Positions 1 through 9,677 of a stretch of 64,000 nt of DNA are shown piece after piece; position 1 is the stretch's first letter, and every line of letters begins with the position of its first letter. The notes under the pieces were generated by a model that was not told the DNA's origin, did no database searches, and saw only the letters and a list, made by a program, of their open reading frames with translations. This DNA comes from Terrimicrobiaceae bacterium (lineage in GTDB: Bacteria; Verrucomicrobiota; Verrucomicrobiia; Chthoniobacterales; Terrimicrobiaceae), in contig JBGSVZ010000035.1 of NCBI GenBank assembly GCA_041752695.1, positions 125,618 through 189,617 on the forward strand. The letters run 5' to 3'. Made by a program: the position numbers and the translations under genes.

Positions 1-2
1 AT

Positions 3-107
3 CTGCTTGAGCATCTTTCAGAGTTGGCAGAATTGTCTGAAGTGGAGGTCGAACAACGCACCGAGAAGATGATCGAGTATATAAATCGTTGGTTTTCGCG
101 GCATTGA
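3..107 (+). CDS. 3' end of a hypothetical gene truncated by the window edge
   Basis: Open frame LLEHLSELAELSEVEVEQRTEKMIEYINRWFSRH ending at TGA 105-107, followed by an AT-rich intergenic region. Confidence 0.45.
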   Translation: MLEHLSELAELSEVEVEQRTEKMIEYINRWFSRH

Positions 108-452
108 AAGATTCTCACATTTTTGTCTGCATGTATTTGAGATTGCTCAATACCCAAGTTTCGAAACCGCAAAGCGAGTGTCCGCAGAATGAAGCTTAAT
201 AGTTTTAGAATGTTTTTGTTGAAAAGTTTGCTGACATCTTAAGTTTTTCCGTCAGGTTCGTGTCATTTCGGCGCAGAAAACCGAATTTTTCACATTGAGG
301 GCAAGTTTTGCTACCATTTTTCAAATACAACTTACGCGAATTCAGCCGAACTCGCATAATGTTGAAGTGAAATATTATTTTTATACATATGTGGGAACCG
401 TTTCAACGATTTCCGGGAACATCGCTAACGCTAGCAGGGACGGAGGCGACAA

Positions 453-1019
453 ATGTCAGTAAACACCCACATTGAACTGCCCGGGCACGTGTGTATTCGC
501 GACGTGGCCAACGCGATCGGAATTTTGGCTGGTCTGCCGATAATCGAGGTCGCGCGCAACCATAATAAATTTCGACTAGTGAAAGGTGTTTATTTTTCCG
601 GGTTCGTGAGCGCGGCTCCGCAATGTGTTTTCATTGACTTGCTTGAAGAGCTCGTTGATGGTTCCACTTGTCATCGAGCCGTATACGGCTTTGAATCGTA
701 TGAAGACTCAGACTATCAACGGGCCCTTACTGCCGCATCGTCTCCATTTTGGCTCGCTATCGGCTTCCGGCTCATTGAATTTTTTGGAGGCCGCCTGATT
801 TGCCAGGACTGTGGCGGGGCCCCGGTTTTTGAGGTATACGGTCCACCCTGCAGTCCGGAAAAGATTTATGATCTTCAGCCACTTCGGCCGCGAGATCTCG
901 CCGAAATGGCTTCCTTTTCAGCTTATCCCAATGAAGAGCTTGAGCGGCACTCTAGCGAAGAACGCGTGGCCTACATGAAGCTTCTCAATATCCTCCCGAA
1001 TCCCAACTACCCGCCATAA
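453..1019 (+). CDS. Hypothetical protein (mobile-element cargo)
   Basis: 188-aa ORF, GGAGG ribosome-binding site just upstream of the ATG, no recognised motif. Confidence 0.65.
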   Translation: MSVNTHIELPGHVCIRDVANAIGILAGLPIIEVARNHNKFRLVKGVYFSGFVSAAPQCVFIDLLEELVDGSTCHRAVYGFESYEDSDYQRALTAASSPFWLAIGFRLIEFFGGRLICQDCGGAPVFEVYGPPCSPEKIYDLQPLRPRDLAEMASFSAYPNEELERHSSEERVAYMKLLNILPNPNYPP

Positions 1020-1254
1020 CCAAGAAACAGGGAGCCGCTTATTTCGACCTTCGCCGCGGAGGAGATCGCCTGCTTTGTCGGAAACGACGTTCCCACTGTA
1101 GCGCAGGCGAATGGCGGCGGTCCCAGAACTACTGGGAGGCATTTCGCTTACACGGGCTGCGGCAGGATCAACCGCGCGATCACTGAGTTCCGTCCTTTTT
1201 CCGGGTTAACTGAAATGCGGTGACGAGAACCATTAGTTCCATCGACAGGTAATC

Positions 1255-1640
1255 AAAATCGTCTTCATCCTCAGTCGCTACGGTTTCGTGTCCGGGGTGG
1301 CACACACCACCATTCCACCGCCTTTCTCGATGCGATTGGCGAAACCATCGAACGAGTCGGGAAACGTCTGGGACACACCGCAGAAGCCGACAGCCCTGTG
1401 AAATGGTTATTGCCATCCTCACTGATGGGTTGGAAAATTCAGCAACCCGAAACTTTTGGAAGCAGGTTGCCGCTAAGATCCGCAATCTGACCGGAAAATG
1501 CGGATGGGACCTCGTGTTCCCTGGCACCAACCAAGAAGCCATCGCGAATGCCGCCAACCTAAGCATCGCCGCCAATAACCCCTCCGGGTTTGTTTCGGAT
1601 CAGAGGGAGCTTCGCGCAACCCTCAATGCGATGTCGCTCA
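1255..1640 (+). pseudogene. Decayed vWA-domain protein
   Basis: KIVFILSRYGFVSGVAHTTI (degenerate DxSGS strand) runs into STAFLDAIGETIERVG, then a frameshift near 1400 leads into VIAILTDGLENS...GWDLVF.GTNQEA; 3' boundary approximate. Confidence 0.65.
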
Positions 1641-1881
1641 AATCCATTGGGTTTCGGGCCAAGACCCGCATTTCCGACGTGGTTGCTGCGATGCAGCCAG
1701 ATGTGGCATTGCTATTTCGGGAGCGCGGGGTGATCACTTTCTTGCTGAACCTTAAGGCTTTTCTTCATTCGAATCGTGCTGTCCAAAAGCAGCCCATCTC
1801 TCAACTCGTTCATTTCAAACGATTTGAAACTTTTGCCAAAATCTATCTTACGGTGATTCTCAACTTTGAGACGCTGGTATC

Positions 1882-2298
1882 ATGCCAGCGGGTCCGCACA
1901 TAGACGATTTCCGGCTCTTTCCAGAAGAGACATTCTCTTTGTCGGAAAACTCGCATGCATTGCCAGACGGCAAGGGTTTCAGTCGTCTGGCACCCCTTAT
2001 TCAGGCAGCTATCAACGAAGAACTGAAGACACTTCAATGCCTCATCGCCGCCGCGAAACTGAGTTTTGAACGCCAATTGATTGAAACAAGCCTCCTCACT
2101 CGGGAGCAGACGGCGAAACTCCTGAATTTGAGTGTATCACAAGTCGATAAGCTCGCCCGCAGAGGTGAAATCCCCACGACCTACATCGACAGTCGACCAC
2201 GTTTTCCACTCGGTCCGATACAAGAGTTCGTTCGCTCACGAACGACTCGGAAGCTCCCTCTGAATCTCAGCAAAAACTCCAAAACTAAAAAAGCATGA
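1882..2298 (+). CDS. Excisionase-like HTH DNA-binding protein
   Basis: LLTREQTAKLLNLSVSQVDKLARRGEIP...RPRF motif, directly upstream of the integrase; start uncertain. Confidence 0.75.
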   Translation: MPAGPHIDDFRLFPEETFSLSENSHALPDGKGFSRLAPLIQAAINEELKTLQCLIAAAKLSFERQLIETSLLTREQTAKLLNLSVSQVDKLARRGEIPTTYIDSRPRFPLGPIQEFVRSRTTRKLPLNLSKNSKTKKA

Positions 2299-2344
2299 GC
2301 CAAAATTCATGCCAGAAAAAGTTGAACCATGGGGGGAGTAAATC

Positions 2345-3622
2345 GTGAATCAAGCTTCCATTGTTCCGCGTTACTCTCATCGCGGCGTAATCATCTCCAT
2401 TTATCGGACAGGGGGCCGCTTTTCCGCACAATTCGTCCTAAATGGTTCAGACCGCCAGCGAATCGAGAGGGCCAATGAATTTCAAGCGGTCGAGGCTGCA
2501 AAGCGAAAAATCGACGACTCCCTTCATGCTGATCAAACAGAAAGTCCCGGCCCCTCGATCGAAGAAATGCTCGGCCGGTGGAATCTGACACCCATTCAAG
2601 CGGCTTGTTTGATCGATGCCACAATGTCCAAGCTGAAGCCGTTGAAAAGCGATATCACCGGAGCCGTCCAGTTTTACATTGAGCAACATGTCAGCGAAAA
2701 CATCACTGTTCGCGACGCCGTGGACAAGCTTCTGCTTTCGAAGCAGCGGGACACGGGTAAGCACAACGCACGCGATCTCAAATCACGCCTCGAAAACGGC
2801 TTCGCGAAGGATTTCGGGGACCGCTTCCTGTGTGATGTCTCCCGGGCGGAAATCGCCCGTTGGATCGACAATCGTCCGGTCTCGAAGCGAACGCGCCGCA
2901 ATTTCCATACCTGTATCGTCACTCTTTTTCGGTGGGCGCAAAACCAAGGTTACCTGCCGGAAAACCAAACTACAGTTGCAGAAAGGGTGCTCAAACCCCG
3001 CGCCGAACCCATAAAGAAAGAAATCCTCACGCCAGACGAGCTTCGCGGCTACATACGAGCAGCGCTTGATCTGGGTGGTTGCGCTTTGGTGCCCCTGGTC
3101 ATGCAGGCGTTTTCCGGCGTCCGGTCGGAGGAGCTCTGCCAGCGAGATCCTGCAAAAGACCGTATGCGATGGGCCGATCTCAAGACCGACGAGGAGGAGC
3201 CCGAGGCACACGTGCGAGAAAATGTCTCCAAGACTGTTGAGCGATTCGTCTATCTCCCTCACACTCTTATATCTTGGCTGCGCCTTTTTCCTCCTGCCAA
3301 TCGCCAAGACCCTCTAACCTCAACCAGCGAAATCTGGAAAATTTATTCCCCTCTTGTCAAAAAGTCGGGGATTCGATGGAAAAAGAATGCCCTCCGAAAA
3401 TCGTACAACACCTACCATTCCGCACTTTCCGATTCGCTGGCAGAGACCGCTCTCGAGGCCGGCAATAGTGAAGGCATCATCCGAAAAAACTACCAAAAGC
3501 CGATCGCGAGGGCGCGGAAAACCGCCAGAGAATGGTTCGCCATCGGCCCCTGGGAATTTGAAAAGGAAGTTGCTGCGTTTGTTAATCGCCGGAAGCTCCT
3601 TTCGCAGTCCGTCGGCAGGTAG
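2345..3622 (+). CDS. Tyrosine recombinase/integrase
   Basis: SGVRSEEL (Arg), SKT (Lys), KNALRKS (N-x-x-R variant of HxxR), AGNS...NY (Tyr); adjacent to a tRNA 3' end. Confidence 0.9.
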   Translation: MNQASIVPRYSHRGVIISIYRTGGRFSAQFVLNGSDRQRIERANEFQAVEAAKRKIDDSLHADQTESPGPSIEEMLGRWNLTPIQAACLIDATMSKLKPLKSDITGAVQFYIEQHVSENITVRDAVDKLLLSKQRDTGKHNARDLKSRLENGFAKDFGDRFLCDVSRAEIARWIDNRPVSKRTRRNFHTCIVTLFRWAQNQGYLPENQTTVAERVLKPRAEPIKKEILTPDELRGYIRAALDLGGCALVPLVMQAFSGVRSEELCQRDPAKDRMRWADLKTDEEEPEAHVRENVSKTVERFVYLPHTLISWLRLFPPANRQDPLTSTSEIWKIYSPLVKKSGIRWKKNALRKSYNTYHSALSDSLAETALEAGNSEGIIRKNYQKPIARARKTAREWFAIGPWEFEKEVAAFVNRRKLLSQSVGR

Positions 3623-3687
3623 TCCTGAAGCAAGTTTTTCCCAAAAATCCGGCTCAAATGTGGGGGCCGGAAAGCCCAAAAAAGCCA

Positions 3688-3718
3688 GGTGGAGGGTATC
3701 GTACCCTCCGCCATTTTT
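3688..3718 (+). terminator. Intrinsic terminator after the integrase
   Basis: GGTGGAGGGTA-TCG-TACCCTCCGCC hairpin followed by ATTTTT. Confidence 0.6.
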
Positions 3719-3750
3719 CAGATTTTTTTCAGATCTGTCAGATGACTTCG

Positions 3751-3769
3751 TAAATCGTTGATTATCAAC
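3751..3769 (-). promoter_or_regulatory. IHF-type site and palindrome at the att junction
   Basis: Minus strand AATCAACGATTTA matches WATCAANNNNTTR; overlaps GTTGATTATCAAC, which abuts the tRNA 3' end. Confidence 0.55.
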
Positions 3770-3851
3770 TACCGGCGGAGGGGATCGAACCCACACATCT
3801 TTCGATACGCGATTTTGAGTCGCGCGCGTCTGCCAATTCCGCCACGCCGGC
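3770..3851 (-). tRNA. tRNA-Leu(CAA)
   Basis: GCCGGCGTGGCGGAATTGGCAGACGCGCGCGACTCAAAATCGCG...GGGTTCGATCCCCTCCGCCGGTA; anticodon CAA, long variable arm, CCA not encoded. Confidence 0.95.
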
Positions 3852-3914
3852 TTGTGGAGAGGCCTCAATCTTGCAGCATTTTCGCCGGGGAAAAGCCAAA
3901 AACGCGGAGAATTT

Positions 3915-4397
3915 TCAAGGCCGCAAACTTTTGGGCTGCCCAAGAATCTCCGAGAGCATCACGGCTTTTTTCAGACCGTCCGGGGATGAGAGCAGTTCCC
4001 GGAGCGGGCTCAACTTGCGCTTGGGAGGGGTCGGCGTGGCGAATCGATGCTGGCGGACGGGCGGGACGACGACCGCCGGTCGGGCGGCGATCACGGGAGG
4101 TTCGACAAAGCGGGGCAACTCTGGGATGGGCGGGGGCGCGACCTCACCTCTTGGAATCACCGGCGGCGCTTCTTCCTGAGGGAGGCCAAGGGCCTCCATG
4201 AGACGGCGCATCGAATCATCAGGGTCGGCCGGCTGAGCCTCGGCGGGGACCGGCTCATTCGTTCTTTGCAAGGTCTCGCCGCCGTCGAACGACTGACGCT
4301 CCAGCTTGCGTTTTTCCCGCAGTTCCGCGGATTTTTTAATGACCCAATTGATGAAACTGATCAGCGCGATGATCAGGATGAGGATGAGTTGTTCCAT
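3915..4397 (-). CDS. Membrane-anchored protein, YqfB-like third gene of the nfeD-floA operon
   Basis: N-terminal TM helix, Pro-rich middle, C-terminal LKKAVMLSEILGQPKSL. Confidence 0.75.
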   Translation of the reverse strand: MEQLILILIIALISFINWVIKKSAELREKRKLERQSFDGGETLQRTNEPVPAEAQPADPDDSMRRLMEALGLPQEEAPPVIPRGEVAPPPIPELPRFVEPPVIAARPAVVVPPVRQHRFATPTPPKRKLSPLRELLSSPDGLKKAVMLSEILGQPKSLRP

Positions 4398-4451
4398 CAG
4401 ATTGTCATTGGTCTGCGGTCATTGGCCATTGGCCCAAGGGGGCGGATGATG

Positions 4452-5471
4452 TCAGCCCTGCGTGGCCTTTTCCGAACCTGCGATGGATTCGCGCATCGAG
4501 GTATCGGACTGGACGTTTTTCATTTTCACGTAGTCCATGATGCCGAGATTGCCACTGCGGAAGGCTTCGGCCATGGCTTGTGGGACCTGGGCTTCGGCTT
4601 CCACGACCTTGGCGCGCATTTCCTGCGTGCGGGCCTTCATTTCCTGTTCGCTGGCGACGGCCGCGGCGCGGCGCATTTCGGCTTTGGCCTGGGCGACGAC
4701 CTTGTCCGCTTCGGCCTGTTCGGCCTGGAGTTTCGCACCGATATTTTCCCCAATGTCCACGTCGGCGATATCCACGGAGAGAATCTCGAACGAGGTGCCG
4801 CTATCGAGGCCCTTTTGCAGAACCGTCTTGGAAATGCGGTCCGGGTTTTCCAGCACATCCTTGTAAGAAACCGCAGAGCCGATGGAGGTCACGATGCCTT
4901 CGCCGACCCGGGCGATGATGGTTTCTTCGGTGGCACCGCCGACAAAACGGTCCAGGTTGGAACGCACGGTCACCCGGGCACGAACTTTGACCCCGATGCC
5001 ATCGCGGGCCACGGCGTCGATGGTGACACGGCCGCCGGTTTGCTGGGGATTGGGACAATCGATGACCTTCGGATTGATGCTGGTGCGAACGGCTTCCAGC
5101 ACCGTCTTGCTCGTGCCTTTGATGGCGAGATCGATGGCGCAGGCGCGATTGTAATCGAGGGCGATCCCGGCCTTGTCGGCCGCGATCAGGGCGAGGACGA
5201 CATGACTCACATTGCCGCCGGAGAGGTAATGGGCTTCAAGGGCGTCGGTGTCGAGGTTGAGACCGGCTTTGAGCGCCGTGATGCGGCTGTCCACAATGAG
5301 ACCGACCGGGACGCGGCGCAGCCGCATGCCGATGAGACGGGAGAAGCCGACCGGGGCGTTGGCGAGTTTGGCGCGGAGCCAGACGCCGAAGAAGTTGGCG
5401 AGAACAACGAAGAAGACGAGGCCGACAACGGCGATGACTCCGAGCAAACCGAAAGCGATAAGATTTCCCAT
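4452..5471 (-). CDS. floA: Flotillin-like protein FloA (YqfA)
   Basis: [31 protein letters not shown] motifs. Confidence 0.92.
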   Translation of the reverse strand: MGNLIAFGLLGVIAVVGLVFFVVLANFFGVWLRAKLANAPVGFSRLIGMRLRRVPVGLIVDSRITALKAGLNLDTDALEAHYLSGGNVSHVVLALIAADKAGIALDYNRACAIDLAIKGTSKTVLEAVRTSINPKVIDCPNPQQTGGRVTIDAVARDGIGVKVRARVTVRSNLDRFVGGATEETIIARVGEGIVTSIGSAVSYKDVLENPDRISKTVLQKGLDSGTSFEILSVDIADVDIGENIGAKLQAEQAEADKVVAQAKAEMRRAAAVASEQEMKARTQEMRAKVVEAEAQVPQAMAEAFRSGNLGIMDYVKMKNVQSDTSMRESIAGSEKATQG

Positions 5472-5517
5472 GGTGTGTTGGATTGGCGGCGTACCTTACG
5501 TGCCAAATGACAAGGGG

Positions 5518-5988
5518 CTACTCCTTTTTTCGCACAAAAACACGCCGGCCTTCTTCGCGCACGACGAGAACGGAGGAGCCTGCGTCAATAAAATCGTTCT
5601 CGGAGGAAACATCCACCTTACCTCCTTGAAAGACCGCCGTGCCCGAAGGCCGGAGCGGGGTGAGCGCATGGCCCTCCTGTCCCAGTAAGCTCACCGCGGT
5701 GGCTGATTCGCCGGAGGGCAGGGTTTTCGGAAGCATAATGCGACGCCCGACCGCGGTATGGGGAAAGACCTGCATCCAACCGACAAAACCCACCAGTGTC
5801 AGGGCCGCCACTCCGGCGAGCGTCAGCGTCCCGGTGAGGAGGCCAAAATTTCCGTACGATACCCCCACCGCACCGAGCAGACACGCCGCGCCCAGCAGTC
5901 CCAACACAAGCCCGGGAACAAATGCCTCCGCCGCGAGGAGGAGAAATCCGATCAGGGTGAGGATGAGAATGGTTTCGAAGGCTCCCAT
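5518..5988 (-). CDS. NfeD family protein
   Basis: Three TM helices plus a C-terminal OB domain (G.ALTPLRPSG). Confidence 0.88.
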   Translation of the reverse strand: MGAFETILILTLIGFLLLAAEAFVPGLVLGLLGAACLLGAVGVSYGNFGLLTGTLTLAGVAALTLVGFVGWMQVFPHTAVGRRIMLPKTLPSGESATAVSLLGQEGHALTPLRPSGTAVFQGGKVDVSSENDFIDAGSSVLVVREEGRRVFVRKKE

Positions 5989-5994
5989 GGCCGT

Positions 5995-6714
5995 TCAATC
6001 CTCGCCCCCCGGCCCGATCGTGCGCTCTCCGGTGAGCACTTCCTGCACCGTGCCGACACCACGCAGGGTGGCGTCTTTCACCTTGATCGCGGTCCGTTCC
6101 GCCACACCTCCGACCGTTCCGATCACTCCGCCAATCTTTTGTTGAACCACCGAGTCCTCGTCCTCGGGCTCCTCATCCTGCCGGACAGCATCGGAAAAAC
6201 TTAAAGGGGCGAGGATCGAGCCGTCCTCGGCGGAGATTTGCAATACGCCGACCTGGGCGCCCATATTGTCCGACAGACGCAAGATCCACATCGGGGCGCC
6301 GGTGTCGGCATTGGCCCGCAGCGTGTAATCGACCCAGTTAAATCCGAGACGAGCCCGCGCGGCCTGTTTGTTCGCGATTTCAAAAGCGCGGTCGGAATCA
6401 ATTTTCAACCGAGTCAGCGAAACGGGAGGCGTGGTACTGATGCCCGGGAAGCCGCGCAAGGGGGTGCGTTCGGAAATCACCACGTCACCAGAAGCGAGGA
6501 TCTCGCGCACTCCGCCGCGCGCGGCCGGGTCTTTATAAACCAGGGTCCATTCCTGCGGCCGGGGTTCGCCGCGCTCGCCCGTCATCTCCACCAGGGCGGC
6601 GGGAGATTGGACCAATTTCTGGGCGGCATTGATCGCCATATGCGCAGGCCCGCCGTCCGCCCGGAGAAATGGGGCGGCCGCCAGCAGAGCGAGAGTGACG
6701 AAGGTGGATCTCAT
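5995..6714 (-). CDS. Secreted hypothetical protein (PepSY-like segments)
   Basis: Signal peptide; IDSDRAFEIA and ISAEDGSIL resemble PepSY repeats. Confidence 0.65.
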   Translation of the reverse strand: MRSTFVTLALLAAAPFLRADGGPAHMAINAAQKLVQSPAALVEMTGERGEPRPQEWTLVYKDPAARGGVREILASGDVVISERTPLRGFPGISTTPPVSLTRLKIDSDRAFEIANKQAARARLGFNWVDYTLRANADTGAPMWILRLSDNMGAQVGVLQISAEDGSILAPLSFSDAVRQDEEPEDEDSVVQQKIGGVIGTVGGVAERTAIKVKDATLRGVGTVQEVLTGERTIGPGGED

Positions 6715-6800
6715 CGGGGGCAATGATCACGCACGCCGGGGGAATTTTCCACGGAAAAATCCCGCTGGCCTCATGGGCGTGGAAATGCGAAAAGAAATCC

Positions 6801-8081
6801 ATGCCCGCGGAAGTCGAATCGCTACGCAAATCACTCGGGATCTACAAGGGTCTGGTCGAGGTCAGCGGGCTGATCAATTCCATCACGGACTACAACGAAC
6901 TCCTGCGGGCCATTCTCGATGTCGCGCGGAGGGTGATCCTGGCCGAGGCCGCGTCGTTGTTTTTTGTCAATGAGACCACCGGTCAGCTCGATCTCACAAT
7001 CACCTCGTTCTGCGAGGGAGAGTTCGCCGAACCGCAAATCTCCGTCCCGCGTGGCCGGGGCATCGCGGGTTGGGTGGCGGAGCGCGGCGAGAGCCTGCTC
7101 ATTCCCGACGCCTACGCGGACGACCGTTTTTACAAGGAGGCGGACAAACAAACCGGCTTCCGCACGCGATCGATCCTCTGCGCCCCCCTGAAACACAATG
7201 GCTCGGTGATCGGTGTCCTCCAGATTCTGAATCCGCGCGAGAAACCCGCTTTTGAGGAGGAGGATCTCGACGGTTTCACCGCCTACGCCAACCTGACCGC
7301 CACCGCCATTGAAAAACTGCGATCCCTGGAGCGCACCCGCGCGCAGGAGCGGGTCGATCGCGACCTCGCCATTGCCTCCGACATTCAGAAAGAACTTCTC
7401 TCCCGGGCCCTACCGGCGGAAATCCAGGGAGCCCGGTTCGCCGCACACAACGAAGCCGCCTCGAATGTGGGCGGGGATTTTTACAACGTCTTTGTCAAGA
7501 GCCCCTACGAAATCTATTTCGCCATTGGGGACGTCTCCGGCAAGGGCATTGCCGCGTCGCTCCTGATGGCGCAAACCCTGAGTGCGATGCAATTTGTTTT
7601 CGCCGCCACCACCAGCCCGGCCGATGCGCTGGCCAAGTTGAATTCCACGCTCAATGAGCGGATTGTGAGAGGTATGTTCGTCACCACCCTCGTTGGCCGC
7701 CTCACTCCGGGCTCGGGACGCGTGGAAATCGCCAGCGCCGGCCATTGCAAACCCGTCGTACTGCGGACGGACGGCACCGCGCAGGAAATCGAGACGGAGG
7801 GAGCGCTCCCCCTCGGCATCCTGCCCAAGGTCAGCTATCGTCAGGGCAAGACCGACATGGCCCCGGGAGACTGGCTGGTTTGCTACACGGACGGTCTTTC
7901 CGAATCGCGCAGTCCGGGCACCGAATCATTTTTTGAGGAAAAAATTCTCCCCACCCTGGCCGGGGTGCAGACCGAATCTCCACAGACGCTGATCGACCGG
8001 CTCGTCACGGCCGAGAAAACGCACCGCGCGAATGGCCGTCAGCTCGACGACCTGACCATCCTGGTGGGAGGGCTCCTGTGA
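6801..8081 (+). CDS. GAF domain + SpoIIE/PP2C phosphatase
   Basis: GAF (GRGIAGWVA, TGFRTRSILCAPL) plus VGGDFY, GDVSGKG, YTDGLSE, DDLT. Confidence 0.92.
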   Translation: MPAEVESLRKSLGIYKGLVEVSGLINSITDYNELLRAILDVARRVILAEAASLFFVNETTGQLDLTITSFCEGEFAEPQISVPRGRGIAGWVAERGESLLIPDAYADDRFYKEADKQTGFRTRSILCAPLKHNGSVIGVLQILNPREKPAFEEEDLDGFTAYANLTATAIEKLRSLERTRAQERVDRDLAIASDIQKELLSRALPAEIQGARFAAHNEAASNVGGDFYNVFVKSPYEIYFAIGDVSGKGIAASLLMAQTLSAMQFVFAATTSPADALAKLNSTLNERIVRGMFVTTLVGRLTPGSGRVEIASAGHCKPVVLRTDGTAQEIETEGALPLGILPKVSYRQGKTDMAPGDWLVCYTDGLSESRSPGTESFFEEKILPTLAGVQTESPQTLIDRLVTAEKTHRANGRQLDDLTILVGGLL

Positions 8082-8503
8082 AACGGAAGTTCGAGTTCAC
8101 CAGCGACAGCTGCCGACTGGCCGAGGTGCGCTCCGAAGCGCGGCAGTTTTTGGGGGAATGCGGCTTCGAGGAATGCGCGGCCGAACTTCTGATCCTGGCC
8201 CTCGATGAGGCTTGCACGAACATCATCCGGCACGCCTACGGCCACGAATGCCGCCCCGTGCGCCTGCAGATGGAACGCCTCCGCGACCGTGTGCGATTTG
8301 TTCTGCGCGACTACGGCCGCTCCTGCGATCCCCAAAAAATCCGCAGCCGCGCCCTGGAGGATATTCGCCCCGGCGGCGTGGGTGTGCATATCATCAAGCA
8401 AGCCTTCGACCACGTGGCCTACGAACCCCGGCCCCGCGGCACGCGACTTGTGCTGGAGAAAAAACTGGAGCCCAGTCGAAAATCCCAGCCGGCAGGATGT
8501 TAG
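8078..8503 (+). CDS. Anti-sigma factor kinase (RsbW-like HATPase)
   Basis: DEACTNIIRHAY, D.G, GGVGVHII; GTGA overlap with the phosphatase gene. Confidence 0.88.
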   Translation: MKRKFEFTSDSCRLAEVRSEARQFLGECGFEECAAELLILALDEACTNIIRHAYGHECRPVRLQMERLRDRVRFVLRDYGRSCDPQKIRSRALEDIRPGGVGVHIIKQAFDHVAYEPRPRGTRLVLEKKLEPSRKSQPAGC

Positions 8504-8567
8504 ACCGACTTCTCCCCGCCAGCCGCTCCCCCACCGGCGGAGCAGGATCTTCGCGCTTCGCGCAGCG

Positions 8568-9587
8568 ATGCCCAACCAGCGGGACATAGCCAAAGCACTC
8601 GGCGTGAGCCAGGGGGCGGTTTCCCTGGCCCTCCGCGGAGACCCCTCGGTTTCCGCGAACCTGTCCCGGCGCGCCCGGGCCATGGCCAAAAAGCTGCATT
8701 ACCGCCCCAATCCGTACGTCAGCAGCCTGATGTCGCAAATCCGCTCGGCGCGCCAGCCCAGCGAGAAGGGAGTCATCGCGCTGGTGGTCGACCACTTCAC
8801 CGAACGCGAGTGGCATGCCCACGAGTCGTACCGGGTCTATTTTCAAGGCCTCACCCAGAGGGCCGACGAACTTGGATACCGGATGGAGGGCTTTTTCCTG
8901 CGGGAGCCCGGTCTGACGGCCCCCAGAATTGACCGCATTCTGGAGGCCCGGGGCATCCGCGGCATCGTCCTTGCACCGCCCTATTTCGGCAATCGCCGTC
9001 TGGCCATCCGCTGGAGCCGCTACGCCTGCGTGGGGACGGGGTACGCCTGGGAGCAGCAGCAGTTCGACCGGGTGGCGCACGACCACGACCAGAACGCTTA
9101 CCTGGCCTTTCGAAACCTGGTCCGCCTCGGCTATCGCCGGATCGGCTTGATTCTTCCCCGCTTTTTCGCGGAGGGCCGCGGCACACGCTGGCTCGATGGG
9201 TTTCTCCTCGCCCAACAAAGTCTGCCCGCCCGGGAAAGATTGCCCCTTTTCATCGGTGCCCCCGGGGAGACGGACGCCCGGATTTTCGCCCAGTGGTTGA
9301 GACGGTGGAATCCCGATGGCCTGCTCACCCTCTACGGTCACGAGAGCCGGTGGTTGGATGAGCTGAACCTGCGTGCGCCCACCGACCTTGGCCTGGCCTG
9401 CCTGATCCGTCCCCCGGGCTCGGCCCTGGCGGGAGTTGATGACCGGTATGCGGAAATCGGCGCGGCCACGGTGGAACTGGCCGCATCCAAGATCGGATTT
9501 AACCATTTCGGCATCCCGAAAATCCCGCGCCTGTTGCTCATCGAGGGAAAATGGAAAACCGGCCGGAGCGTGCAGCGGCAAAAATAG
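8568..9587 (+). CDS. LacI family transcriptional regulator
   Basis: QRDIAKALGVSQGAVSLALR...YRPN HTH and a periplasmic-binding-like C-terminus. Confidence 0.9.
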   Translation: MPNQRDIAKALGVSQGAVSLALRGDPSVSANLSRRARAMAKKLHYRPNPYVSSLMSQIRSARQPSEKGVIALVVDHFTEREWHAHESYRVYFQGLTQRADELGYRMEGFFLREPGLTAPRIDRILEARGIRGIVLAPPYFGNRRLAIRWSRYACVGTGYAWEQQQFDRVAHDHDQNAYLAFRNLVRLGYRRIGLILPRFFAEGRGTRWLDGFLLAQQSLPARERLPLFIGAPGETDARIFAQWLRRWNPDGLLTLYGHESRWLDELNLRAPTDLGLACLIRPPGSALAGVDDRYAEIGAATVELAASKIGFNHFGIPKIPRLLLIEGKWKTGRSVQRQK

Positions 9588-9599
9588 ACAGCCGGAGCC

Positions 9600-9615
9600 A
9601 CTAATCGATATTAGT
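9600..9615. promoter_or_regulatory. Candidate LacI operator
   Basis: ACTAAT-CGAT-ATTAGT palindrome between the regulator and the operon. Confidence 0.5.
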
Positions 9616-9677
9616 AACTCGCCGTTTGCGCGGGCCGCGACCGCCAGCCTAGGCTCGCGTTGGTTTTTCCACCCGCC

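Larger units (their letters stand above)
1..3770. mobile_element. End of an integrative element inserted at tRNA-Leu
   Basis: Lower GC than the backbone, xis-like gene plus integrase pointing at the tRNA 3' end, IHF-type site at the junction. Confidence 0.75.
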
